From the NCBI GenBank assembly GCA_030603665.1, contig JAUVXJ010000001.1, positions 214,480-278,479 on the forward strand: a stretch of 64,000 bases of DNA. The letters are read 5' to 3'. A program made the translations under genes and the position numbers. The first letter of the stretch is position 1, and each line of letters begins with the position of its first letter. This stretch comes from Chloroflexota bacterium (GTDB lineage: Bacteria; Chloroflexota; Anaerolineae; UBA7937; B3-Chlor). The notes beneath the pieces were generated by a model. It was not told the DNA's origin and did no database searches. It saw nothing but the letters and a program-made list of their open reading frames with translations. Of this stretch, positions 19,815 to 29,900 are shown piece by piece.

Positions 19815-20816
19815 TTGATTACCGCTTTGCCTGCCATGACCGTACTGAAAGATCGGTACCGCGTCGTTAAGCTAATCGGCCTTGGCGGCATGGGAGCAGT
19901 CTACCTGACTGAGGACCTTCATCTCAAGGATGAGCAGTTCGCGCTCAAAGAGGTGGACTACCCCCCCGACACCGATTCCGACATGCAGCAACAGCTCCGA
20001 GAGCAGTTTCATCGGGAAGCTCTAGCCCTAGCCAGTCTCGACCACCCCAATCTGCCGAAAGTCTTTGACTACTTCACCGAGAACGGGCGTGACTACCTAG
20101 TGATGGACTACGTTGCGGGCCCCAACCTGAAGGAAGTGCTTGACCAAGCGCGCACGGGGGGAGAGAACCTGCCGGAAAGCCAGGTCCTGGAGTGGGCAGA
20201 GCAGATATGTGGCGCTCTCGCCTACCTCCACGATCAGGATCCACCCGTCATCCATCGCGATGTCAAACCGGCTAACGTAAAACTGATGCCCAACAAAGTC
20301 ATCAAACTCGTGGACTTCGGGCTCGTGAAGTTCTTTGATGCCAGTGACCCAAGGACCATGACTCTGGTGCACGCTATCGGCACGCCCACGTATGCACCCC
20401 TGGAGCAGTACGGGGCCGGCACCGGCCGTACCGACATACGGTCGGACATCTATTCCTTCGGCGCAACCCTGTACCATTTGCTCACCGGTCGCGCACCTAT
20501 CAATGCTCAGGAGCGCTTCCTGGAGCCCGAGAGTCTCCCTAGCCTCCGGGCCTTGAACCCGCGCATTTCATCTCTCACCGAGTATCTGGTTCTGAAGTCC
20601 ATGGCCATTCGGCCCGACGATCGCTATCAAACCGTACACGAGCTGCGTAGAGACCTGACAATGGCCAGGAATCTCTCTCTCGGAACAAGAACCCGCAGCG
20701 GGCTAGCGCTCGTCTGGTCAAGCCTCCTCCTTCACAGATGGTTGTCCCTCGGCGTCCTAGTCCTTATGATCGTGGTGCTCCTGTTGACCCTCTTGCAGCC
20801 ACAACCCGTATTCTGA
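19815..20816 (+). CDS. Ser/Thr protein kinase with a C-terminal transmembrane anchor
   Basis: The kinase motifs are LGGMGAVYL, ALKEV, VIHRDVKPANVKL, DFGLVKF and GTPTYAPLE. The C-terminal hydrophobic helix is LSLGVLVLMIVVLLLTLL. Confidence 0.85.
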   Translation: MITALPAMTVLKDRYRVVKLIGLGGMGAVYLTEDLHLKDEQFALKEVDYPPDTDSDMQQQLREQFHREALALASLDHPNLPKVFDYFTENGRDYLVMDYVAGPNLKEVLDQARTGGENLPESQVLEWAEQICGALAYLHDQDPPVIHRDVKPANVKLMPNKVIKLVDFGLVKFFDASDPRTMTLVHAIGTPTYAPLEQYGAGTGRTDIRSDIYSFGATLYHLLTGRAPINAQERFLEPESLPSLRALNPRISSLTEYLVLKSMAIRPDDRYQTVHELRRDLTMARNLSLGTRTRSGLALVWSSLLLHRWLSLGVLVLMIVVLLLTLLQPQPVF

Positions 20817-20836
20817 CGCCGCGCGGTGCACTGACG

Positions 20837-23590
20837 CTACGGTCCTCTCAGCCACAGAATTGCGCCAGGAAGGAACGCCAGGAGCGTGCTCAGCAGAAGC
20901 AGGTACGTTCTCACCCCTGCTCCTTGCCAACCCAGTACGCTCATGGGATTCAGCGGCCCAAGACCATACAGGATATAGCCTATCAGAGCGAGAGCCACCC
21001 CGTAGAGGATGATCTGTACCTCGCGCTCCCATCCCTTTCTATGCCCTCTTCGCACCTGAGAACCCGCGAGGCTACCCAGCACTGTCCCCAGGCCAGCCAG
21101 GAGCAAGTCGAACCAGTCCACGGGTCGAGTGGCCGGTACTGCCGGCGGAACTGGAGACGGCGCAGGTGTTGGGATGACAGGCGCGGGTCTGGTTGGCACG
21201 GGAGTCAGAGTAGGGATTGGACTCGGTATGGCCGTGGCGGTAGGCGTGAAGGTGGGAAATGGCGTTACCGGTACGAGAACTTCCACCCGCAGCGCATCTG
21301 AGGTCGCTTCCCCGCTCATCGCAGTCACTTCGATGAAACCCCCGGGCGCAGGTGCGTCCGGCCAGAAACTGGCCCCTGCCACCCCGCCCACGGTATCGGT
21401 AACCACTTGCGGCTCTAGGAAGATGTCTGCCCGCAGATAGCTGCCCCGAAACTCCACGTAGGTACCGTCTGGTACTGGGTGACCGTTGCGGTCCAGAATC
21501 ACACTGGTCTGCACCACCAAGGGCTCTCCGCCAACGTGCAGGGGTTCGTCCCCCGGTGGTGAAAGCCTCTGCAGCTCAATCGTCTCGCCGGGTGCAGGCT
21601 GCAGCTCCAATGCCAGCCAGTAGTCGGCGCCAGCGACATCAACAGGCGATGCCCCGGGTGGCACGAAGTCCTGCTCAAAAATGGGTCGCCATGAAGCCTC
21701 GAGACTGGGGATCCCCCTGCCGTAGACCGCGTAGTATGCGCTCAGCTTGCCCACCTCAGTGCTGTCGAGATGGTAAGGGGCGTCGTAGGCGATGGCTACC
21801 ACCTGCTTCCCGCTTAGGTAGTACTCCCGCTCTTCGAGCAGAGCCTTCGCCGCCCGGGAGGCTGGGAAATCATCTGGGTTGTAGTCCGACAGTGCCAGTA
21901 TGACCCACTCCGCGTCCTGCATGAGACGCTCGACCAACTCCGCATCCTCTGGGCTGACATCGCCGCCTATCCAGTCATGAACCTGGCCAAAGCCGAGGGA
22001 CCGAACTCGTTCGGGGTCGACCTGTCCGGTGCCTTCCGGACCATACAAACGCACCAGTACGTTCTGCAGCGCCTCACCGGACAAAACGGGCGAGGAATAG
22101 CAGTCCTCAAAGCACTGGAGAATGACGATATCGTCATCCAGGGTAGGCGGACTTCCCAGGCGAGCCCGCACCTCCTCCATGCCGGGATACAGCAAGGTCA
22201 CGGCCTCTTCGGCCATCTGACGGACCGCATCCACTCCACCGCCAACGGCACTCACAGCTGCGTCCTCATCCACGAGTACTCTCTCCAGCGACGGCTCCCC
22301 GTACAACCTCAGCTTGGCCTGCAGTATCTTTCTCACAGCCTGGTCAACCCATAGCCTGAACGTACCGTCTGTCTCGTAACGCTCCTGGAAGCGCTCGATA
22401 GTCGCGACGATCTTTGGGAACGCATCGGCGGTCCAGTCATCTGAGAGTGAGAACTGAACGAGTGGCAAGATGTCGTTGCCTGCCACCAAAGCTTGCTGGG
22501 CGATTCTGAGATGCGGGAATCCAGTTCCCCAGGGATCTCGGTGTTCCTTGATGGAGTCTGCACCCAGGAAGTCGGCTACCAACAAGCCTGTAGCGCGCCA
22601 TTCCGAAAACTCGGGGAGATCCATGGCCACTCGCAGCCCTCCCTCATCCAAGGTAAGCGGATCGCTGAAGAACCGCATGCCTTGCTGAAAGGCCTGGGAC
22701 CGTATGTGACCAACCATCAATCCGTCCGTCGTGCTCAGGGGGTCGCTGGCCGTGTATTCGGTGAGCGCAGTAAAAGGCACCAGCTCGACAGCTCTCATCT
22801 CTTCTAGAGTCTTGTCGACAGTGGCAATCTCGCTCTCGGGGTCCCGACCACTGCTCCCCCTACCCGGAAAATGCTTGGCGATGGTGGCAACTCTTCCCGC
22901 ACTGCCCTCATGGACGCCCCTCACATAGGAACGCGCCAATCCGCCCACCCAGTAGGGGTTACCCCCGAACGATCGCACACCTAGATCGCCTCGCTCCCCC
23001 GATCGGGGATTCTCCAGGACATCGACTACTGGCCCCAAGAGCATGTTGATTCCCACCGAGGCCAATTCGTGACCCACGATGGCGCCGGTGCTTCGGGCGT
23101 GGTCGTCGCTCCACGAAGCGCCCAGGGCCATGTTGCTGAGGAGAGGGGTGAATCCACTACGGAGTTGAGTATGCGGGAAGCCGTTTCCCTCCTGTTCGAG
23201 GGCGATGAATAGTGGGACGAACGTCCCGTCCCCCTCAATCGTCTGACCATTGGCCTGAAAGGCCAGGCTCTGTAGTTCATTCGTCAGTCGAGACGCCTGA
23301 CGAGCCAGCGGCTCCTCGCCTTGATTGATGATGTTTCCACTGGACTCGGAAACGAGCACCGCGCCCACCTTGTATTCCAGGATGAGCTGGGAAATCCCAC
23401 TCTCGTCACCCGTGTCGGTCCCCACGAAATCAACCATGAACAGCTGGCCAATCCGCTGTTCAACAGTCATCAGCTCCATGATGCGGTCTACGGGCTCCTG
23501 CTGAGGATACACAGGAGCGGGGAACAAGAGGGCAAGCATGCTGCACAACAGCAATCCTCTGAACAAGGTGCGCGCGGTTCTCCTAGCCAA
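20837..23590 (-). CDS. glycoside hydrolase family 3 (NagZ/BglX-like) exported enzyme with a Pro/Thr linker and a C-terminal 3-TM anchor
   Basis: It has a signal peptide. The GH3 N-domain motifs are GHELASVGINMLLGPVVDV...RSFGGNP...KHFPGRGSSGRD. The tail is a PT-rich linker followed by three hydrophobic helices. Confidence 0.8.
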   Translation of the reverse strand: MARRTARTLFRGLLLCSMLALLFPAPVYPQQEPVDRIMELMTVEQRIGQLFMVDFVGTDTGDESGISQLILEYKVGAVLVSESSGNIINQGEEPLARQASRLTNELQSLAFQANGQTIEGDGTFVPLFIALEQEGNGFPHTQLRSGFTPLLSNMALGASWSDDHARSTGAIVGHELASVGINMLLGPVVDVLENPRSGERGDLGVRSFGGNPYWVGGLARSYVRGVHEGSAGRVATIAKHFPGRGSSGRDPESEIATVDKTLEEMRAVELVPFTALTEYTASDPLSTTDGLMVGHIRSQAFQQGMRFFSDPLTLDEGGLRVAMDLPEFSEWRATGLLVADFLGADSIKEHRDPWGTGFPHLRIAQQALVAGNDILPLVQFSLSDDWTADAFPKIVATIERFQERYETDGTFRLWVDQAVRKILQAKLRLYGEPSLERVLVDEDAAVSAVGGGVDAVRQMAEEAVTLLYPGMEEVRARLGSPPTLDDDIVILQCFEDCYSSPVLSGEALQNVLVRLYGPEGTGQVDPERVRSLGFGQVHDWIGGDVSPEDAELVERLMQDAEWVILALSDYNPDDFPASRAAKALLEEREYYLSGKQVVAIAYDAPYHLDSTEVGKLSAYYAVYGRGIPSLEASWRPIFEQDFVPPGASPVDVAGADYWLALELQPAPGETIELQRLSPPGDEPLHVGGEPLVVQTSVILDRNGHPVPDGTYVEFRGSYLRADIFLEPQVVTDTVGGVAGASFWPDAPAPGGFIEVTAMSGEATSDALRVEVLVPVTPFPTFTPTATAIPSPIPTLTPVPTRPAPVIPTPAPSPVPPAVPATRPVDWFDLLLAGLGTVLGSLAGSQVRRGHRKGWEREVQIILYGVALALIGYILYGLGPLNPMSVLGWQGAGVRTYLLLLSTLLAFLPGAILWLRGP

Positions 23591-23608
23591 GTCAGGTCCT
23601 TTCCAGGT

Positions 23609-24700
23609 TCAGTAGACCCATTGACCATCTTTCTGGATCAAGGTGCCATCAAGATAGATCTCCCCGCCATCTCGCAAGTCCTTGATCATGTCCCAGTGCA
23701 GCCCGGACTCGTTCTTGCTGCCAGTCTGTGGATAGCCTCTGCCCAGGGCTACGTGAACGGTACCGCCTATCTTCTCGTCGAACAAGATGTTCTTGATGAA
23801 ACGGTCTATCCGGTAGTTGTTCCCAAGGCCGAGTTCGCCCACGTACCCGGAACCTCCATCCATGTCCAGCAACGCCAGTAGGTAGTCCTCGCCTTTGGTA
23901 GCGGTGGCTTTGGCCACCCTGCCATCCTCAAACCAGAGGTGCACCCCTTCCACCTCCCGCCCCCCAAAAGCCGGATAGATGGCAGGGTAGTTGAACGCAA
24001 TATGTCCCTCAACCGTGTTCTCTACCGGCCCTGTGAATACCTCCCCATCGGGCATGTTCAACTTCCCATCGGCGCTGATGAACGTGCGCCCGTCAACACG
24101 CATTGTCAAGTCAGTGTCCTCTCCCCTGATGACGACTTCGCTCCCTGCATCGAGCAGCTCCTTTAGCCTTGCCTGGCTCCGAGCCAGCTGCTCCCAGTCT
24201 TGATCCACAGCGCCATAGACAAAGTCCTCGTATTCCGCTGTGGACATTTCTGCATCTTGAGCAGCGCCAGGGGTGGGATAGAGCGTGACCACCCAGCGGG
24301 TATTGTCGGTCAAATGTGCTCGAACCCTGGCGTCGGAGGAGCGCCATCGGGCTACTCTGGCCGGGTCAAAGCCGCTGAGGTGCCTGGTGTTCACGGACGC
24401 AAGTATCTGGATGTACACGTCAGTGTGCTCGGCAAGATGCATCTTCAAGTTGGGAAACATGGCCAGCCGCTCGTCGGAAGCCTCCCGGAGCAGGAGTTCT
24501 CTCGTTTCCTCAAACCGGACGTCGGTGATAATCTCGCCGGCATCCCTCTGGAGCAGCCGCCGATAGATCTCCACCAGCAGCGGCTTTGCCAGCTCGCTGT
24601 ACGATAGGATGTGAACCGTCTCCCCCTTGCTCACCTCTGTGCACTGATCAACAAGAATCTCCGCTAGCCTCTTTACCCTCGGATCCAACATAGCAACCAA
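23609..24700 (-). CDS. aminopeptidase, M29 family (AmpS/PepS-like)
   Basis: It reads DGKLNMPDGEVFTGPVE...GTVHVALGRGYPQTG...GLHWDM, typical of M29. It lies 19 nt upstream of the GH3 gene on the same strand. Confidence 0.8.
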   Translation of the reverse strand: MVAMLDPRVKRLAEILVDQCTEVSKGETVHILSYSELAKPLLVEIYRRLLQRDAGEIITDVRFEETRELLLREASDERLAMFPNLKMHLAEHTDVYIQILASVNTRHLSGFDPARVARWRSSDARVRAHLTDNTRWVVTLYPTPGAAQDAEMSTAEYEDFVYGAVDQDWEQLARSQARLKELLDAGSEVVIRGEDTDLTMRVDGRTFISADGKLNMPDGEVFTGPVENTVEGHIAFNYPAIYPAFGGREVEGVHLWFEDGRVAKATATKGEDYLLALLDMDGGSGYVGELGLGNNYRIDRFIKNILFDEKIGGTVHVALGRGYPQTGSKNESGLHWDMIKDLRDGGEIYLDGTLIQKDGQWVY

Positions 24701-25557
24701 CTCCTTCCTTGCCTGCGTCGCACCGCTCCGATCGGATTCTAGAGCACAGCTTGCATCTTGTCAATGGTTTCTAGCACAGAATGCCCCATCCCAGCCTGAG
24801 GAGCCAAGAGATGTGTGTGCGTCTCACAGGACTCTCCGTGTCCCCAAAGCCTTGACGCCCCTAGTTGCCTATCCCCCCTCGACTAGCGAGACCCCGACGC
24901 GCATCAAACCTACCTCACCATCTCATATGGCTCCCCCCTGCAACCACAGATAGCAAGGGCACATGGCCAGAGAGCTAGGGATGACCTGCGCGGTGAACAA
25001 GCCGAAACGATGATTCTGGGCTTATGTCAACACCCTGCTCTGTCTCAAGACAAAAAGAGATCGCCGCATAGCGGCTGTATGCCAGCCGCGCAGCAGCGAT
25101 CGCCGCACAGGTCGTTGTAAAAGCCGAGCCAGGATCAGCCGCCGCACCCTCGTGGCGACAGAGCACGACTAGTGCGATGGCGAGCTACCTTGGAGAAAGT
25201 ATGTCGTGCCTGTCCGACACGGAAGGGCATCTCAATGATGTCCTTCACACGTCTCAGGCACGCCAGCAGCCTCGCTCCCAGAGCCTAGGCGACGCCGAGA
25301 GCGGCGTACTGGATCCCGCAGAAACATGCATGGAATCCACGCACCCTGGCAGCAGACTTCGGCGGCAATCGAGAACGGCGAGCATCGTCCGCACACAGAT
25401 CCCTCCGCCGACGAGAACAGTGATGGATACGAGGTTCCGCTCGGCCCTCACTCATTGCCTCAATCCCTTCGACACCCCCCGTTGGCGGTTGGTGCCAGCT
25501 AGAGGTGGCCGGAGGAGTCCTGCGCGCCGTGCTCCCTGTGTCTGACCTACCCAGGCC

Positions 25558-25806
25558 CTATCCGTATGCTGCCTTGAGTTCCTCTTTGACGAGCTCCTGA
25601 ACCTCACGCTGCAAGTCAGGATATCCGGTGTAGCCCAGCCTCTGCGCGAACCTGGTGACAGTCGCAGGATCCACGTCAAGGCGTTGTGAAAGGGCAGATC
25701 CGTTCATGAACGCAGCCTCGCGATACTCCTGGGTGAGGAAGTCGGCGATCCTCTTTTGGTTCCTTCCAAGTCGGGCGTAGTGTTGTGCGATCCTTTCCTG
25801 AAACAT
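25558..25806 (-). CDS. small RpiR/MurR-type HTH protein (HTH_6 domain only)
   Basis: MFQERIAQHYARLGRNQKRIADFLTQEYREAAFMNGSALSQRLDVDPATVTRFAQRLGYTGYPDLQ matches the RpiR N-terminal HTH. No SIS domain is present. The start was moved to an internal ATG. Confidence 0.5.
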   Translation of the reverse strand: MFQERIAQHYARLGRNQKRIADFLTQEYREAAFMNGSALSQRLDVDPATVTRFAQRLGYTGYPDLQREVQELVKEELKAAYG

Positions 25807-26213
25807 GGAAATCCTCCTAGTTCTTCTTGCTGCGAACAGCAGAGCCTTGAGGGAGGCCAACTCTGCGCAATGCAAGACCTCAATAGATATTATAACGCAT
25901 CTAGCCCCATTGCGCAAATCCGTGCCACCTCCTACGGACAGCGTTCCAAAGTGGGCTCCTCCACACATGGAGCAAGAACGTACCGCAGGAGGGCATCGTG
26001 GGCCTCAGTACTCGCTGGGGACACTGGCACGCGACAGTGCGGCGATCAAGAATCTCTGCCCCACCTCCCCGTTTGGAGCCAGCTGCGCCTATGCCAGCGC
26101 CTGGTCTATGCAGGGTTGTCCCTCACTGGCGCTCGCTTGGCACTTGCCACCAGCCTCTTGCGCTGGGCATATCGAGATAAGTATAATGAGCGCATGATCG
26201 GAACAGGCGAGAG

Positions 26214-26969
26214 TTGCCCATCATGAGCACCATGGTGGTTATGCCCACGTACAACGAGGCCGGGAATCTCATCCAGATCGTGGCCGAGTTGATGACCCTG
26301 GATCTGGATGGTCTGCAAATCCTGATCATAGATGACAACTCTCCAGATGGTACCGGGCAGATGGCTGACGAGTTGGCAGCGCAGTACGAGGATCGAGTGC
26401 ACGTGATCCATCGCCAGGGCAAGATGGGTCTCGGCACCGCATATGTCACGGGCTTCCGGTACGCCCTGGAGTGCGGTGTGGACTATGTAGTGCAGATGGA
26501 TGCGGATTTCTCCCATTCTCCCTCGTACATCCCCACTTTTCTCGACAAGATACGCGACTATGATGTTGTCATCGGCTCTCGCTACGTCGCCGATGGTGGA
26601 GTAGACGAGCGATGGAGCCCGTGGCGCCGCTTCCTCAGCTGGGGTGGGAACACGTACGCCGGTCTCATCACCGGGCTTCGAATACACGACGTCACGGGCG
26701 GGTTCAGGTGTTTCCGCCGTGATGCGCTTCTCGGACTCGATCTCGGCCAGATTCGCTCGGAGGGGTACGCCTTTCAAATAGAGATGGCGTATGCGTGCCA
26801 GATCAAGGGCCTCCGGCTCGGTGAGGTTCCCATCTACTTTGAGGACCGTTCAATGGGGTTGTCGAAGATGAGTTGGTGGATTGTCCTGGAGGCCGTGTGG
26901 CGCGTGTGGCAAATGCGATGGCGCTACAGGCATGGTGAGAGTCGCCCAGCGGGCGGGGTTGGTAGTTGA
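26214..26969 (+). CDS. polyprenol-phosphate glycosyltransferase, GT2 (DPM1/GtrB/CsbB-like)
   Basis: It reads VVMPTYNEAGNL...LIIDDNSPDGT...VVQMDADFSH...GSRY...GGFRCF, followed by a C-terminal amphipathic/TM segment. Confidence 0.85.
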   Translation: MPIMSTMVVMPTYNEAGNLIQIVAELMTLDLDGLQILIIDDNSPDGTGQMADELAAQYEDRVHVIHRQGKMGLGTAYVTGFRYALECGVDYVVQMDADFSHSPSYIPTFLDKIRDYDVVIGSRYVADGGVDERWSPWRRFLSWGGNTYAGLITGLRIHDVTGGFRCFRRDALLGLDLGQIRSEGYAFQIEMAYACQIKGLRLGEVPIYFEDRSMGLSKMSWWIVLEAVWRVWQMRWRYRHGESRPAGGVGS

Positions 26970-29900
26970 TTCGCAAAGAGAGACTCTGGGACGTCCTCAT
27001 AGTCCTGGTCCTCCTCACCATCCCACTACTTCTCTTCTGGTCTGTCACCATCGGCGACAGGACTCTCATACCATTCGACAACCTGTATGCGTTCCCTCCA
27101 TGGCAGGCCTTCGCCGACCTTGTGGGAACCGCCGTGCCCCACAACGAGCTCCTCGGCGACCTGCTGCTGGAGAACTACGCCTGGAAGACATTTATCGTCC
27201 AATCCCTCGAAAGCGGTCAGGCGCCTCTATGGAACCCGTACCTCTTCGCTGGAGTCCCCTTTCTGGCAGCGGGTCAGCATTCGGCCCTCTATCCCTTCAG
27301 CCTGCTCTTCTACATCCTGCCCATCGCTGACGCGTATGGCTGGTTCACCGTACTTCACCTCTTCATCGCCGCACTGCTCATGCACGTCTTCGTGCGGACG
27401 ATTGGCGTGGGAAGACTGGGGGCGACCATCGCCGGTGTGACGTACGCCTTCAGTCTCTTCATGATCGTCAGCGTTGACTTTCCCATGGTCATCGCGGCTG
27501 CAACCTGGCTACCCCTTGTGCTGGCCATGACAGAACTGGCCATCAAAAGCCAGGAGCTTGGCAAGTCGGCGAGGCTTATCGTCCCCCCCGTCCTCGGTGG
27601 CGCGCTGGCTCTGGGGATACAGTTCCTGGCGGGCCACGCAGAGATGTCGTACTACGTGGTCATGGTTACCGGTTTCTATGCCGCCTGCCGCCTGGGCATC
27701 CTGTGGTGGCGGCAGAGGTCGCTGCGGCGGGTCGCACCGGTCGCCTTGGCGCTGGGAGCCATGGTAGCCCTCGGAGTAGGCCTTGGAGCTGTCCAGCTCA
27801 TCCCGTTTCTGGAGTTGGCCAGGGTCAACTTCCGGCAGGGTTCCGCAACGTATCAGGAGATCATCGGTTGGGCCTATCCCACACGCCAGGTGATAACCTT
27901 CCTTGTGCCCGATTTCTTCGGCAACCCCAGTCATCACGGCTACTTCGACATAGTGACACGCCAATGGTCCCCCGTGACACATAACGCCTTCGGGGAGCCC
28001 GTGAACACCATCTTCTGGGGTATCAAGAACTACGTTGAGGCGGGCAGCTATGTTGGCATTCTTCCCATCCTGCTCGCGGCGGTGGCGCTTGTCCGGCGAA
28101 GGGGGCGATACGTGGGGATCTTCTCTTCCCTGGCGGTGCTCTCTTTCCTGCTGAGCTTCGGCTTCCCCCTGTACGCCCTGCTGTACTACTTGCTGCCGGG
28201 ATACAGCCAGCTACACACCCCGTTCCGGTGGGTATTCCCATTCACCGTGAGCATGGCTGTGCTCGCAGGGCTGGGCGTGGAGACTCTTGGCGAGCGCATC
28301 AGGGAATCAGAAGCTTCCCGACTTCGGGCGTTGGCTCCACGCGTTCTTGGATGGCTGGCTCTCGCAGCGGGAGCGATAGGCCTGGCAACGGCATTGCTCG
28401 CTCTCGTACTGCCGGGTCACTTCATCCCGCTGGCTGATCGCGTGCTGGCGACCTCGGACCTTGCACAGCGCTCCTTCCCCAACGGTCAGGCATTTCTCTC
28501 CTACGAGTGGCGCAACTTACTCCTCTTCAGTCTGGCTCTGATGGCCTCGGGGGCGGTATTGCGTCTGAGTCAGTGCCCCATCCACTTGCCGGGGCCATGG
28601 CGAGCTCACAGGCTGTGGAAGCCACTGGCTATTGCCGTTCTGAGCCTGGACTTGCTGATTGTCGCTTCGAGTTTCAACCCGGCAGTCGATGTTCGCCTCG
28701 GGGAGCTGACACCCTCGTCCGTCGATTTCCTTCGGGCTGATGAGGAACTGTACCGCCTGACGTCCTTCAACGTCGCGGGAGAGAAGACCTTCAACCCCAA
28801 CGTGGGGATGTACTACGGTCTGCACGACGTTAGAGGATACGATTCCATTATCCCCAAGCAGTACGCGGACTTCATGGGTCTCATCGAGGACCAGGGTGAG
28901 TTGATCTACAATCGTATCGCCCCTCTCTACCGGTACGATTCCCTCGACTCTCCGCTGCTCGATCTACTGAATGTGAAGTACGTGCTCACCACCCAGCATA
29001 TCCCAAACCCGGGCTACACGCTGGTCTACGACGATGAGCTGCGCATCTATCGCAACGACGACTTTTTGCCGCGCGCGTTCGTGGTCTACCAGGCAGAAGT
29101 GATCGAGGACGACGAGAGACTTCTTCAGGCACTGATCACCCTTGATCCCAGAGAGCGGGTCCTGCTCAGTGAATCTCCTCCCCAGGAAGCCTTGGCCGCC
29201 GGCCCGGTGGCGGAAGGCGCGCTTGTGCCAGAAGTGTACTTCAGGGAATACGGTGCCAACGACGTCATCGTGGAAGTGGATCTGCCTCAGGCTGGATGGG
29301 TTGTGCTCGCCGACAGCTATTTCCCCGGGTGGAAGGCCTTCCTTCAGTTGGACGACGGAAGCGAACAAGAACTCCAGATCTACAGGGCTGACGGCAACTT
29401 CCGGGCTGTGCACCTAGGCGACGGACAACACGTAATTCGTTTCCGCTACAGCCCAATGTCCTTTAAACTGGGCATCTACGCCACTTTCATGGCGCTTGTG
29501 GTTGTCGTGTCCATTGCGGGCATCTGGCTATGGGGGCGTCTGTATCGGGAGCATGAAGGAGACCCTGTCATCAAGCGCGTCGTCAAGAACAGCATGACTC
29601 CCATGACCACCTCGCTTCTCAACAAGATCATAGACACCGCCTTCGCCATGCTCATGCTGCGCATGCTCGGGCCGGAGGGAGCAGGTAAGTATGGCTTCGC
29701 CATCGTGGTGTACGCCTTCCTGGAGATAGTCACCAATTTCGGCCTGAACACCCTCCTGACCAGGGAGGTTTCCAAGGACCGCACTCAAGCCAACCGCTAT
29801 CTGACCAACACCGCTATCCTGCGGCTGCTCATTCTGCTAGCCATCATTCCGCTCCTCTTCGTCTTCCTGCTGTGCTGGCGAACCTTCTTCTCCCTCCCCG

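Noticed and set aside
25177-25545. A 122-aa ORF in the long intergenic stretch.
   Set aside because: Its Arg/Ser/Pro-rich translation has no protein-like pattern. The region is reported as possibly non-coding instead.
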